IMG/VR virus record: IMGVR_UViG_3300017774_006154
Span: 1-43,822 of that record
Length of the DNA: 43,822 nucleotides
Direction: 5' to 3' (one strand)
Origin: a virus
Lineage: Duplodnaviria > Caudoviricetes
Part shown: positions 1 through 9,256 of the stretch, in pieces
How positions within the stretch are numbered: the first letter of the stretch is position 1
Layout: every line of letters starts with the position of its first letter
Position numbers and translations under genes: made by a program
Notes under the pieces: generated by a model
Databases searched by the model: none
What the model saw: only the letters and a program-made list of their open reading frames with translations
What the model was told of the DNA's origin: nothing

Positions 1-299
1 GCTTCTGTAAATCCAATTGTAACATCATGAGTATCTAAATAATTTATTAAATTTTTATTTGATAAATCTACAAGATCACTATAAAAAGTAAAAAATATAT
101 CAGACCTATTTAATAAGTCTTCTCGGTTATACCAAAAACTTACTGTAGCAATATAATCAAAGTCTAAGTTAGACCAATTCCTCAAATCTACAGAAGGGCC
201 TGATCCCATCACCAAAATTTTCTTACCCTCTATTTTATCTCTGAAATATTCTTCAGGGAGGTCGCTATTGTATTTATCTAACATTGTCAGTGTTATCAT
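1..299 (-). CDS. Maf/DUF115- or CstII(GT42)-like putative nonulosonate transferase, partial (runs off the left edge); paralog of 299..1030
   Basis: Not in the ORF track. Manual translation from ATG 299 (TGATG overlap with the upstream stop) or ATG 284 gives MLDKYNSDLPEEYFRDKIEGKKILVMGSGPSVDLRNW..., about 68/94 identical to the next ORF by hand count. Confidence 0.75.
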   Translation of the reverse strand, partial: MITLTMLDKYNSDLPEEYFRDKIEGKKILVMGSGPSVDLRNWSNLDFDYIATVSFWYNREDLLNRSDIFFTFYSDLVDLSNKNLINYLDTHDVTIGFTE

Positions 300-1030
300 C
301 ACTTTTCTATTAATTTTATATATTCTTTTGGTAATGGATAATGTATTTTAGAATATTCCCCGGACATATTGAAGGGTAATCCCTCACCTAAATTATATAA
401 AGAAATTCCTCTTGATTTTGATTCTAAGTCTATAATCTTAGCCATATCTAAATTACCTTTTCGTATATCCGCTGTGCTGTGAGTTCCAGATCCTCCTGGG
501 TATATTTCAAGTTTATAATTAGGCCTGAAAGCATTACTAGGGTCTTGAGTATAATTATTTGATGCTCCATCCACTCCAATATAATATATAGTTTTTGGAT
601 TAAAGTTTAATATAAAAAATATTAATCTACCAGCTAATCCTATATAAAGTGCTTCACTATGATGACGGGTCCAAAAATTTATATATCTACTCTCATACTT
701 TTTTTTAAAATTCTTAAATCCAAGAGTATTGTAAAATGAATGAGAGTTCTCTTCAAGACCTACAATAGTATCATGAGTATCTAGGTATGTCTGTAGTTTA
801 CTATTTGATAAATCTACCAAGTTGCTATAAGAAGTAAATAGTATATCAGACCTCTCAAATAAATCTTGTCTGTTATACCAAAAACTTACAGTAGCTATAT
901 AATCAAAATCTAATGCAGCCCAATTTCTCATATTAACAGAGGGTCCAGATCCCATTACTAAAATTTTCTTACCCTCTATTTTATCTTTCAGATATTCTTT
1001 AGGCAACAAACTTTCATACCTATTCAGCAT
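299..1030 (-). CDS. Maf/DUF115- or CstII(GT42)-like putative nonulosonate (sialyl-type) transferase
   Basis: GKKILVMGSGPS and IYYIGVDG match the GxGPS and IYLxGxD signatures of Maf/GT42 proteins; lies next to NeuB/NeuA genes. Confidence 0.6.
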   Translation of the reverse strand: MLNRYESLLPKEYLKDKIEGKKILVMGSGPSVNMRNWAALDFDYIATVSFWYNRQDLFERSDILFTSYSNLVDLSNSKLQTYLDTHDTIVGLEENSHSFYNTLGFKNFKKKYESRYINFWTRHHSEALYIGLAGRLIFFILNFNPKTIYYIGVDGASNNYTQDPSNAFRPNYKLEIYPGGSGTHSTADIRKGNLDMAKIIDLESKSRGISLYNLGEGLPFNMSGEYSKIHYPLPKEYIKLIEK

Positions 1031-1881
1031 TATCCTCTAAGTTTTTCCCTAACAGGTTTTTCAGATTCTGTAACTCTTACAACCCCATCTCCATAGGCAG
1101 ATTCTAATTCTCTTATTCCTGATACTAATTTAAGAAGTCCTTGGGGTTCTAAAGAAGCCATATGATCGGACCCTTCCATAGTTCTATCTAGAGTAATGTG
1201 GCGTTCTATAATTGAAGCACCTAGATATGTAGCCGCAACGGAAGTTCCTAATCTAAATTCATGCCCAGAGTATCCTATTTCAAAATCAGGATATTTTTCA
1301 GATAATGTTTTTATAGCTGATAAATTTAGTTCTTCTATTGGTGCTGGATATGTAGAGTTGCAGTGTAGTAGCCCCATAGAATCTGACTTACCATATTTTA
1401 ACTTAGCCTCTCTTAAAACTCTAACTGCCTCATCGATTTCCTCTTCAGTAGACATTCCAGTAGAAAATATAACCTTAGGGAATCTCTTAACACACTCATC
1501 TAATAATTCATTATTAGTTAGCATTGCTGATGGGATTTTTATAAAAGGAATATTATATTGAGACAAAAATTCAATAGAGTCTAAGTCCCATGGGGATGCA
1601 GACCACTCAATACCTTGCTGCTTACAGTATCTATCAATCTCATCGTATTGCTCTTTACCAAATTCAACCTTATACTTATACTCTATGTAGGTCATATCCT
1701 GTCCTTGCCATCTTCTAGGCTTATTCTTTTGAGCCTCTGGTACTGCCTTGTCTGGATTTCTCTTTTGAAACTTAACTGCATCACATCCTGCTACTGCCGC
1801 AATGTCGATCAATCTTTTTGCAATATTTAAATTTCCTTGGTGATTTATTCCAATTTCTGCTATTACATAAGTTCTTTTCAT
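1030..1881 (-). CDS. neuB: N-acetylneuraminate (nonulosonate) synthase, short form lacking the C-terminal SAF/AFL domain
   Basis: IAEIGINHQG, DAVKFQKR, HCNSTYP, GYSGHE, IERHITLDR, GSDH motifs; 283 aa. Confidence 0.9.
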   Translation of the reverse strand: MKRTYVIAEIGINHQGNLNIAKRLIDIAAVAGCDAVKFQKRNPDKAVPEAQKNKPRRWQGQDMTYIEYKYKVEFGKEQYDEIDRYCKQQGIEWSASPWDLDSIEFLSQYNIPFIKIPSAMLTNNELLDECVKRFPKVIFSTGMSTEEEIDEAVRVLREAKLKYGKSDSMGLLHCNSTYPAPIEELNLSAIKTLSEKYPDFEIGYSGHEFRLGTSVAATYLGASIIERHITLDRTMEGSDHMASLEPQGLLKLVSGIRELESAYGDGVVRVTESEKPVREKLRG

Positions 1882-2198
1882 TTGTTATATGGGATTTTTA
1901 TTACAATTTTTTCTACTTCTACTTGATCATTTACTGCTAAACCAGTTATGTGTAAATCTTCTGGGTAAAGAATTGCAAATTCATATGGCTTTAGTATAAT
2001 CTTCCTTCCAGGTTTAATTGGTCTATAAAAAGCAATATCCGTTTCTGCATCATAACTATCTACTAATTCAACCTCATCCTTAGAGTATACCTCTATAACT
2101 TCCTCCCCCTTAGTTATGTACTGAATGTCTATATGTTTAATATGGCCCTCCGCTAGTAGGGAATCATTTTTTATTTTAGTAATATAAGTGGTTTTCAT
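1878..2198 (-). CDS. YhcH/YjgK/YiaL (DUF386, NanQ-like) sugar anomerase, N-terminally short
   Basis: EGHIKHIDIQY, GEE, YDAETDIAFY, FAILYPEDLH and KIVIKI match the family pattern. Confidence 0.8.
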   Translation of the reverse strand: MKTTYITKIKNDSLLAEGHIKHIDIQYITKGEEVIEVYSKDEVELVDSYDAETDIAFYRPIKPGRKIILKPYEFAILYPEDLHITGLAVNDQVEVEKIVIKIPYNK

Positions 2199-2497
2199 AG
2201 TTCTTCAATTCTTTTTGTTTTGTCGCAAATTAGCAAGTCGTATGCTGGTTTTTCTCCTACTATCAATCTATGGTACTTACATCCCCAATCTCCCAATTGC
2301 TTCTTAGTTAATTTATAGTATTCTAATACCCTATCAGTGTTTATAGAGCCCCTAGCAGTCCAATAAGTAATCTCATGGCCTTCATCATACAATTTATTTA
2401 TCTTTTCTATGTTGGTATGAGAGGGTTCAGCTAAGTGGTACTCTCTAATATCTCCATAAAAACATAAAGTCTCATCTATATCAACGTAAACTTTCAT
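2195..2497 (-). CDS. Small capless HAD-family phosphatase (capsule biosynthesis phosphatase-like)
   Basis: DIDET motif I, WTARG motif II, KP..D..ICDK motifs III/IV. Confidence 0.8.
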   Translation of the reverse strand: MKVYVDIDETLCFYGDIREYHLAEPSHTNIEKINKLYDEGHEITYWTARGSINTDRVLEYYKLTKKQLGDWGCKYHRLIVGEKPAYDLLICDKTKRIEEL

Positions 2498-3164
2498 ATA
2501 ACTTCTCTGCTATTTCAAACTGCCACTGATAATCTATATCAAATGCTTCTAATTCTTCCATAACTACTAACTTGGGTTGTGGAGGAGAATTAGTATCCAT
2601 CCAATGACCCTTTCCTATAATATCTAACCTACTTGCATATAGACAGTGGGCCGCTTCATAGATAGGTTCTATAAACTTAGTATTCATTATAGTTGAGCCT
2701 TTCCAATCTGTAATCGGAAGCCCATCGGCATCCCAATAATAAGTCTTCTTTTGGAACACTGCAAAAGCCCCTTCTCGATCAGATTCTACAAACTCCTCCA
2801 CAAAATTTTCTATAGTTTCTAGTTTTAGTAGTGGATTACAAGCGCTAATCAATACTACGTACTTGTGGGGTAACTTATCCCACCATTCATAAATCTCAGT
2901 CAGGGGCTCCCCTTCCGACTTAGCAGACTTCTCTGATCTATTAAATATATTGAACGGGTACTTAGATGCTACATCCTTCAACTCATCTTCATACAAAGAT
3001 ACGTATACCTGAGATGGATCTATAATCTTAGAGCTTTTAAGCTTAGTAAGTAGTATGTCTACTAAGGTTGTTCCTGAAAAGGGCTTTAACATCTTACCTG
3101 GAACTCTTTGCGAACCTAATCTAGCCTGAATAAGTATCGCCACATCTTTAATATTTTTATCCAT
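2481..3164 (-). CDS. Acylneuraminate cytidylyltransferase (NeuA/PseF-like)
   Basis: IQARLGSQRVPGK N-terminal motif and C-terminal DID. Confidence 0.85.
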   Translation of the reverse strand: MDKNIKDVAILIQARLGSQRVPGKMLKPFSGTTLVDILLTKLKSSKIIDPSQVYVSLYEDELKDVASKYPFNIFNRSEKSAKSEGEPLTEIYEWWDKLPHKYVVLISACNPLLKLETIENFVEEFVESDREGAFAVFQKKTYYWDADGLPITDWKGSTIMNTKFIEPIYEAAHCLYASRLDIIGKGHWMDTNSPPQPKLVVMEELEAFDIDYQWQFEIAEKLYESLR

Positions 3165-3786
3165 TGTTTGCTAGTTTTCTTGAAAGTTTACCAATTTCAT
3201 CATCACTGTCTGTTATTTTTTTAAATACATCTCTTGTTTCTTCTGGGGCATATTTAAATGCTATTCTTAATATGTCCATCCAATTTACATTATTTTTATT
3301 TCTAACCTGCTGTATGGCATCTATAATTTGTGAATCAGTCACTTTGCTGTAGTAAGTTAATATTGTTTTATAAGATTTCCAAGATGGCATTTCCTTAGGT
3401 TTTATAACTTTAAATCCTACCTTTTTAGCTATAGCACGAGATGCCTTATTTTCAGGTAATATCTCTGCAAAGTATGCGCTTGGATATTTTTCTAAGAATA
3501 ATTTTAACATATCAGTACCTATCCCCATACCTCTAGCTTCTGGTGCTACGGTCCAAGATAGTATTTTTGTTTCCAAGTCTACTATATCTAATCTTATAGT
3601 ACCTACAGGCTTATCTGTTTCATATATGAATAACTTCCTAATATCAGATTCCAATGTATGCTTCAGCCAATATTTGTGGCTTTCCTCAACTATCTCTACT
3701 GAAGATACTGAATTATGTCTTGTTTGAGGATCGTTTCTCCAATCTAGGAGAAGTTCCCAATCTGAGAACTGTGCTGCTCTTATCAT
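3157..3786 (-). CDS. PseH-like GNAT N-acetyltransferase fused to a ~60-aa helical C-terminal domain
   Basis: LLDWRNDP..R.NS..., H..W, RGMGIG acetyl-CoA loop, N.AS...KKVGF. Confidence 0.75.
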   Translation of the reverse strand: MIRAAQFSDWELLLDWRNDPQTRHNSVSSVEIVEESHKYWLKHTLESDIRKLFIYETDKPVGTIRLDIVDLETKILSWTVAPEARGMGIGTDMLKLFLEKYPSAYFAEILPENKASRAIAKKVGFKVIKPKEMPSWKSYKTILTYYSKVTDSQIIDAIQQVRNKNNVNWMDILRIAFKYAPEETRDVFKKITDSDDEIGKLSRKLANNG

Positions 3787-4787
3787 AACTTTTTTATATC
3801 TTCTGTAAATATAATAGAATCTTCTTTTAAAAAAATACTTGTTTTCTCTCCAAGTATCTTATAGTAATCCGTAGCCGGAATACTTCCTGTAAGGAAAGGT
3901 CTTTTTGTTGTTATATTCTCCTCGGTTAGGATTTCTCCTGAGTTTATATCTCTTATTGCTACAACTGATCTCATTGCTTTTCCGAATTCTCTTTCTGATG
4001 ATGATATTACATTTTCCTGCTTAGATCCCATACACCTTTCTGCGTACCTAATGTAATCAACCATTATTTTTAATTCATCAGGCTCTAATGCAAATGGGTG
4101 ATCGGGACCTGGGAGTCTTCTATTCAAGGTGTAATGCTTTTCAATTACAGTCGCTCCGGCTGCTACTGCCAAGGCAGGTGTAAGTGGGGACGCAGTATGA
4201 TCGGAGAATCCAGTCTTATACCTACTATCCATAGCCATTTGTCTTATTGTATCTAGGTTTACATCCTCTGCAGGTGTTGGATACGCATTATTACAATGCA
4301 AGAAGGTAAGATCCTTTACTCCTTTAGCGTTAGCAATCTCCATTATCCGATACATTGTACTAAAGTTACTTCCTATACCTAAAGAAATAATAGTTGGTAG
4401 ACCTGCTGATAGCACCATAGTTACAAATCTAGGGTCTGTACATTCGAACCCTGCAATCTTTAATCTTTTAACTCCAAGATCAACTAGCTGTTGAACTGCC
4501 TGTTCATCAAAAGGAGTAGACATAAACTCTATTCCCACTTCATCAGAATACTTTTTTAAGTCAGCTTGCCATTCTCTAGGTAATTCTATATCCTTTATTA
4601 ACTTACTTATGTTTGTGTACCCTGCAAAATCAGGAGTATATTTACTATAAAGCGTCTCGGAAGAATAAGTTTGGAATTTAACTGCATCCGCTTTTGATTC
4701 AACAGCTACATCAATAAGTGCTTTTGCTTGATCAAAGTCCCTGTTGTGATTCGCCCCAGCCTCAGCTATTATAAATGTTGATGTCAT
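3783..4787 (-). CDS. Nonulosonate synthase with SAF domain (PseI/NeuB-like)
   Basis: IAEAGANHN, AVKFQTY, STPFD, HC..AYP, FSDHT, IEKHYTL, GPDH, and C-terminal RSVVAIRDI..GE SAF domain. Confidence 0.9.
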   Translation of the reverse strand: MTSTFIIAEAGANHNRDFDQAKALIDVAVESKADAVKFQTYSSETLYSKYTPDFAGYTNISKLIKDIELPREWQADLKKYSDEVGIEFMSTPFDEQAVQQLVDLGVKRLKIAGFECTDPRFVTMVLSAGLPTIISLGIGSNFSTMYRIMEIANAKGVKDLTFLHCNNAYPTPAEDVNLDTIRQMAMDSRYKTGFSDHTASPLTPALAVAAGATVIEKHYTLNRRLPGPDHPFALEPDELKIMVDYIRYAERCMGSKQENVISSSEREFGKAMRSVVAIRDINSGEILTEENITTKRPFLTGSIPATDYYKILGEKTSIFLKEDSIIFTEDIKKL

Positions 4788-5781
4788 GTAGAGGTAGGTT
4801 TAGAATTAAAGGATGTAGTGATTCTAATTTAGGTAATGTATCTTGACTGTAATAGTAAGGCATTTTATGTAGCATAGGATAGTGCTTACTTGTGGGGAAT
4901 CTTTTGTATAAATCAATTACTTCTTCTTTATTGCATATTAAAGTGCTAAAGTAATAAGAAGAGTTGTCATCATGGTCCAATAGCCTTCCTGGAAGATTAT
5001 ACCTTTGTAAAAATTCATGAACTCTTTTTCTACAGTCTTTATTATCTTCATACCTCTTTAGTTGAGTTAATGCAATTGTGGCATTAAGATTATTCATATA
5101 GAATTTAAAGCCTTCCATATCAACAGTATACCCACCTCCTGATAGATTATGTCTACCAAAGTTTCTATACTTTTCAAAGTAGGTTACTGCATGGGGATTG
5201 TTTGTGGCTATTAGTCCACCATCCGAGGCCGCTACTGGCTTAAACGGATGAAATGAATAGAAGGTGAAGTGAGCTTTCTGTGTTGAAGTTACACAGTGTG
5301 CAGCATCTAATACAATAATCTCACCATAGTTATCTTTCTGTATAGTATCTAGTCCTGGAATAAAGGAAACTCCTCCATATAATACTGGCATTATTACAGG
5401 TTTAATACCCCCGTCTGTATATCTCTCACAAAGAAACCTTCTCTTCTCTCTGTAATCCTTTACATCAAATAGTAGATTATCATCAACATCAACCCATATT
5501 AAATTATGCCCAAAATGTTTTGCTGCCCATGCCGGAGAAGTAAATCCTAAAGAAGTTGTATAAACATCGCATTCCCCAAAATTATCCTTGAGGTATGAGA
5601 ATATCATAAAAGCAGAAGCGGATGCTGAGTTTGTGGATATGTTAAAATCTGCTTTACTAAATGATTTAAACTCGTCTTCAAAGACCCTTACATTAGGTCC
5701 AAATCCTAACTCACCAGATTTAAGAACCGAAGATACTATATCAGCGTCTTCTTTATTTATTCTTGTTTCAAATAACTTCAT
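4762..5781 (-). CDS. DegT/DnrJ PLP aminotransferase (PseC-like)
   Basis: DAAH and YSFHPFKPV.ASDGG with the PLP lysine. Confidence 0.85.
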   Translation of the reverse strand: MKLFETRINKEDADIVSSVLKSGELGFGPNVRVFEDEFKSFSKADFNISTNSASASAFMIFSYLKDNFGECDVYTTSLGFTSPAWAAKHFGHNLIWVDVDDNLLFDVKDYREKRRFLCERYTDGGIKPVIMPVLYGGVSFIPGLDTIQKDNYGEIIVLDAAHCVTSTQKAHFTFYSFHPFKPVAASDGGLIATNNPHAVTYFEKYRNFGRHNLSGGGYTVDMEGFKFYMNNLNATIALTQLKRYEDNKDCRKRVHEFLQRYNLPGRLLDHDDNSSYYFSTLICNKEEVIDLYKRFPTSKHYPMLHKMPYYYSQDTLPKLESLHPLILNLPLHDINIYNS

Positions 5782-6755
5782 TCTCTAAGCCCTTTTTTTA
5801 TTAGTCCAACAACCTCTTCTATATCATCTTTTACCCATAATTCAGAGTTAAAATGAGGGCCTGTATACTTACTGAAATTAGTTTGATACTCCCTTCGAGT
5901 ATATTGAGGTCTAATTTGTAATAAGTTTATTCCGGGAACCTCATAAGTAAATGGTAATTCTGTTTCAGCTAACATGTCTTCATGGAGTTTTTCTCCAGGT
6001 CTCAACCCAATTACCTTAGTTATTGCTTCCTTACCTGTTATTTGCTCTAATGCTTCAATACAAGTAGGTAGTGTGTACGAATTTATTTGAGGGACAAATA
6101 CTTCCCCACCTTTAGCATTCTCCAGTGAGCCTAAAACTGTATCTACTGCATCTTCTAGAGTAAATAAGAATCTAGTCATTTCCTTAGAAGTTACTGATAT
6201 GACTTCTTTATTATTCAACTTATCGATGAATAGAGGTATAAATGATCCCCTTGATGCAATTACATTACCATATCTTACAGATGAAAAAACAGTATAGTCT
6301 GAGGTGTAATCATGATTCGTAAATAATCTCTCTGCTATAAACTTAGAGGCTCCATATACATTTATAGGCTGACAAGCTTTATCAGTAGATACTAAAATGC
6401 ACTTAGATACATTATGGGCTATGGCTGCTCTTGCAACATTATCACTTCCATTTATATTAGTTTTTACGCACTCATCTGGATAGAACTCCATGTCATCTAT
6501 TCTCTTGAGGGCTGCGGCATGTATAATATAATCTACTTTAAATCTTTTAAGGGTGGTGTCTAATTTAGAGTAGTCTCTAATATCCCCAATAACTTTAAAT
6601 ACTTCCGATTCATTATTAAATATTTGGGCTTGTTTCCCCTCATCCCTTGAATATATAATTATTTTTGCACCATAACTCAAAAGCCTTTTAACTAGTGCCT
6701 GTCCAAGAGATCCTGTCCCCCCCGTAATTAAAAATTTTTTATTATGATATTCCAT
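5778..6755 (-). CDS. pseB: UDP-GlcNAc 4,6-dehydratase (PseB/FlaA1-like)
   Basis: TGGTGSLG, SRDE.KQ, HAAALK, STDKA, YGASK, RYGNV..SRGS, GLRPGEKLHE. Confidence 0.85.
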   Translation of the reverse strand: MEYHNKKFLITGGTGSLGQALVKRLLSYGAKIIIYSRDEGKQAQIFNNESEVFKVIGDIRDYSKLDTTLKRFKVDYIIHAAALKRIDDMEFYPDECVKTNINGSDNVARAAIAHNVSKCILVSTDKACQPINVYGASKFIAERLFTNHDYTSDYTVFSSVRYGNVIASRGSFIPLFIDKLNNKEVISVTSKEMTRFLFTLEDAVDTVLGSLENAKGGEVFVPQINSYTLPTCIEALEQITGKEAITKVIGLRPGEKLHEDMLAETELPFTYEVPGINLLQIRPQYTRREYQTNFSKYTGPHFNSELWVKDDIEEVVGLIKKGLRE

Positions 6756-7893
6756 TTTTTATGTAATTAATAATTCTTTGAGATGACAATCCATCATTAA
6801 AGTCATCGAATAAATATAATAAATTTTTGGGAGTATTCAAACTATCAAATACAATATCATTAACTTTTTTAATTGACTCCACCACTTGACCATTCAACAT
6901 AGATTCTAATTCTTCCTTCGAATTCAAACTAAATACTCTAAGCCACATATTAACATTATTTTCAAGACCTACTCCATCTTCTTGTAATACTACGCTGGTG
7001 TCTAGATATTTTTTATCTATTTCTAGAAACTTACTTAGGTCTATGTAATTCTTACCCAATAATAAACTTGAGTGTACTATAGAGGACATACAACCTACAT
7101 GAGTATTACAAATATTAAACATAGGCCAAACATGACTTTCTTCAAGAATGGGTGTGCAATTTTTTAAAAAGAACTCTGGATAATAATCATTTTGAAACTT
7201 AGAGTCAATGGGTTCTCCTGGGTATGGCTTATAGAAAAACTGCTTTTCATGGAAATATTCAATATATTCTTTGAAATATCTATTTATTTCTGTTCTATTT
7301 GAATTAACTAGACTAAACAGTAAAACCTTTTCCTTTTTATCATCTATGTTATAGTACTCCTTTATAGGCTGGATGTTATCCTCAGATTGATTTAAATTGT
7401 GATCATACTTAGGGTTTCCAACTACTACCATATTACCCTCAAATCCTAAGGCTTCTTGAACTTGTTTAGAATGCGAGGAATGTGTAAAGAATACGTCTAT
7501 AAGATTTTTAAATCTATTTCTAGATTGTGTCTCGAGTTTACTTTCAATATTTCCTAGCACCCAAGAATTAGGCTCTACTAAGCCAACTTTGCAGTTAAAC
7601 TTAGTTTTAAATTCGTGGATTATACTTTCTTCAGGTTCCCATCGCTCCCTTGCTACTAACAACCAATCAGGTTTAAATGGTAAAAAAACACCAAGGCTCT
7701 CGCTTTTAAGAACCTTGGCATCTTCTACATTAGATAGTATTTGAAATTCTGAGATTTGATGTGGGGTATATTTTAGTGTAGTAGAGCTTGAGGCTACCAC
7801 AAATAGATTAATTCCACTATTGGAAGCTTCTTGTATTATTGAATTAAGTGAACTTAATCCTTTAGCATCTGAAGCGAATACAACTAAATTCAT
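6742..7893 (-). CDS. GT-B-fold protein (TagF/sialyltransferase-like, or NeuC/PseG-like hydrolase)
   Basis: VVGNPKYD, KPYPGE (HP-like motif) and SS...SLLLGK resemble GT-B surface-carbohydrate enzymes. Confidence 0.5.
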   Translation of the reverse strand: MNLVVFASDAKGLSSLNSIIQEASNSGINLFVVASSSTTLKYTPHQISEFQILSNVEDAKVLKSESLGVFLPFKPDWLLVARERWEPEESIIHEFKTKFNCKVGLVEPNSWVLGNIESKLETQSRNRFKNLIDVFFTHSSHSKQVQEALGFEGNMVVVGNPKYDHNLNQSEDNIQPIKEYYNIDDKKEKVLLFSLVNSNRTEINRYFKEYIEYFHEKQFFYKPYPGEPIDSKFQNDYYPEFFLKNCTPILEESHVWPMFNICNTHVGCMSSIVHSSLLLGKNYIDLSKFLEIDKKYLDTSVVLQEDGVGLENNVNMWLRVFSLNSKEELESMLNGQVVESIKKVNDIVFDSLNTPKNLLYLFDDFNDGLSSQRIINYIKNGIS

Positions 7894-8513
7894 TACTTAA
7901 CAATAAAAAAACTTGAACAAGCAACACCAAGACCCCCCTCTCTTCTAACATCAGTAACGTGGTGAACTTGGGTACCTATTTTTTCCGCAAACTCATTTAC
8001 TGCTTGGTAAACACCACAAGCCTTACCCCTCCAAATTCTTGTATCTGGAAAGTAATCGTGTCCTGAAAATATACCCCCGTCTTGTAACTTAGGCCACCAA
8101 GCTTCCAAATCATCCTTTACGGAGTCATAATCATGAGCTGCATCAATATAAATGAAATCAAAATAACCATCTTCAAACCTAGCACTACCTTCCACAGAAA
8201 AATCTCTAACCAACTCAATCCAAGGTCGATTAGAAAACATTTCTACACACATATTATATTGCTGGTCTAAGCTCAACTGAGTATATCCTCCGTCATTGAT
8301 CTCAGGCTTTTCTGGGTCCTCTCTCCAACAATCTAAACCATATAGCTTACCCTCTTTAAACTTTTGATTTTTAGCTAAATTCTGTAGGTTACCAGCTTCT
8401 CTAACACCTATTTCAATACCAATTTTACAACCAATCTTTTCAAGTGCTTCATAAACATCAGGCTTAAAGTTAGCGTACTTCTTTAGCACCTGAATTTTTT
8501 CTTCTTTAGTCAT
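7893..8513 (-). CDS. Class I SAM-dependent methyltransferase (Methyltransf_24-like)
   Basis: IEIGV, LYGLD.W, DFIYIDAAHDY, GGIFSGHDY. Confidence 0.85.
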   Translation of the reverse strand: MTKEEKIQVLKKYANFKPDVYEALEKIGCKIGIEIGVREAGNLQNLAKNQKFKEGKLYGLDCWREDPEKPEINDGGYTQLSLDQQYNMCVEMFSNRPWIELVRDFSVEGSARFEDGYFDFIYIDAAHDYDSVKDDLEAWWPKLQDGGIFSGHDYFPDTRIWRGKACGVYQAVNEFAEKIGTQVHHVTDVRREGGLGVACSSFFIVK

Positions 8514-9256
8514 ATTAAATTTTTTACCAAGTTTGTAAATGTTGTTGACTCTTCTTTTATCTTTTCTAGTGTTAATTCATCTAAATACTTCTTACCACTA
8601 CTTTCCCACAAGTGATGACTATACGAATTTGAAAACTCATGATTTTCTTCAAACAATGCTTTTATATGCAAGTCGTGGTACAAAGGCCAAAAAAATGCCT
8701 CATGGTCTAAAACAGTTATCAAATCAGGATATAAATTTGAAAGGAATCTAGGATATGCTACTGAATGAGTACACCAAGTGGGGGAACCTGGAGGCCCTCC
8801 TTTAAAGGAATGTTGAAATCCAGCCAGCCAATATCTTGCAAACTCTGCATTGGGTTCTGATAACATAGTTGCAGGGCATAAACCCTCACAACCATCTTCT
8901 CCTTGTTGACCCATTACAAACTTATTATCTACTAAGTCTGTAAACGGTTTTACAAATATTACATCAGTATCTGCATAAATTCCACCCTCCTCTATTAGTA
9001 CCTGTAATCTAATAACATCGCTTTTATGAGCTGGTTCTTTTATTTCAACTCCAAATATACTACTTGGTGGATCTACGAAGTTTAACTGTACTAGAGGCTT
9101 TGTTTTTTCCCACCACTCCCCATCAGGTTCTTTATCCAACCAAATAGTTATATCATCTATCCCTGCGTGTTCTATTGCTGATTTTATTGAAAGATAATGA
9201 TGTAGTTTCCAAGGCCTCTCATTTATGTAAACGTAATGTAGTTTGTTAGGTATCAT
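8510..9256 (-). CDS. DXD glycosyltransferase (GT32/Gly_transf_sug-like)
   Basis: MIPNKLHY, SDVIRL..L...GGIYADTD, HHLW..S. Confidence 0.85.
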   Translation of the reverse strand: MIPNKLHYVYINERPWKLHHYLSIKSAIEHAGIDDITIWLDKEPDGEWWEKTKPLVQLNFVDPPSSIFGVEIKEPAHKSDVIRLQVLIEEGGIYADTDVIFVKPFTDLVDNKFVMGQQGEDGCEGLCPATMLSEPNAEFARYWLAGFQHSFKGGPPGSPTWCTHSVAYPRFLSNLYPDLITVLDHEAFFWPLYHDLHIKALFEENHEFSNSYSHHLWESSGKKYLDELTLEKIKEESTTFTNLVKNLI

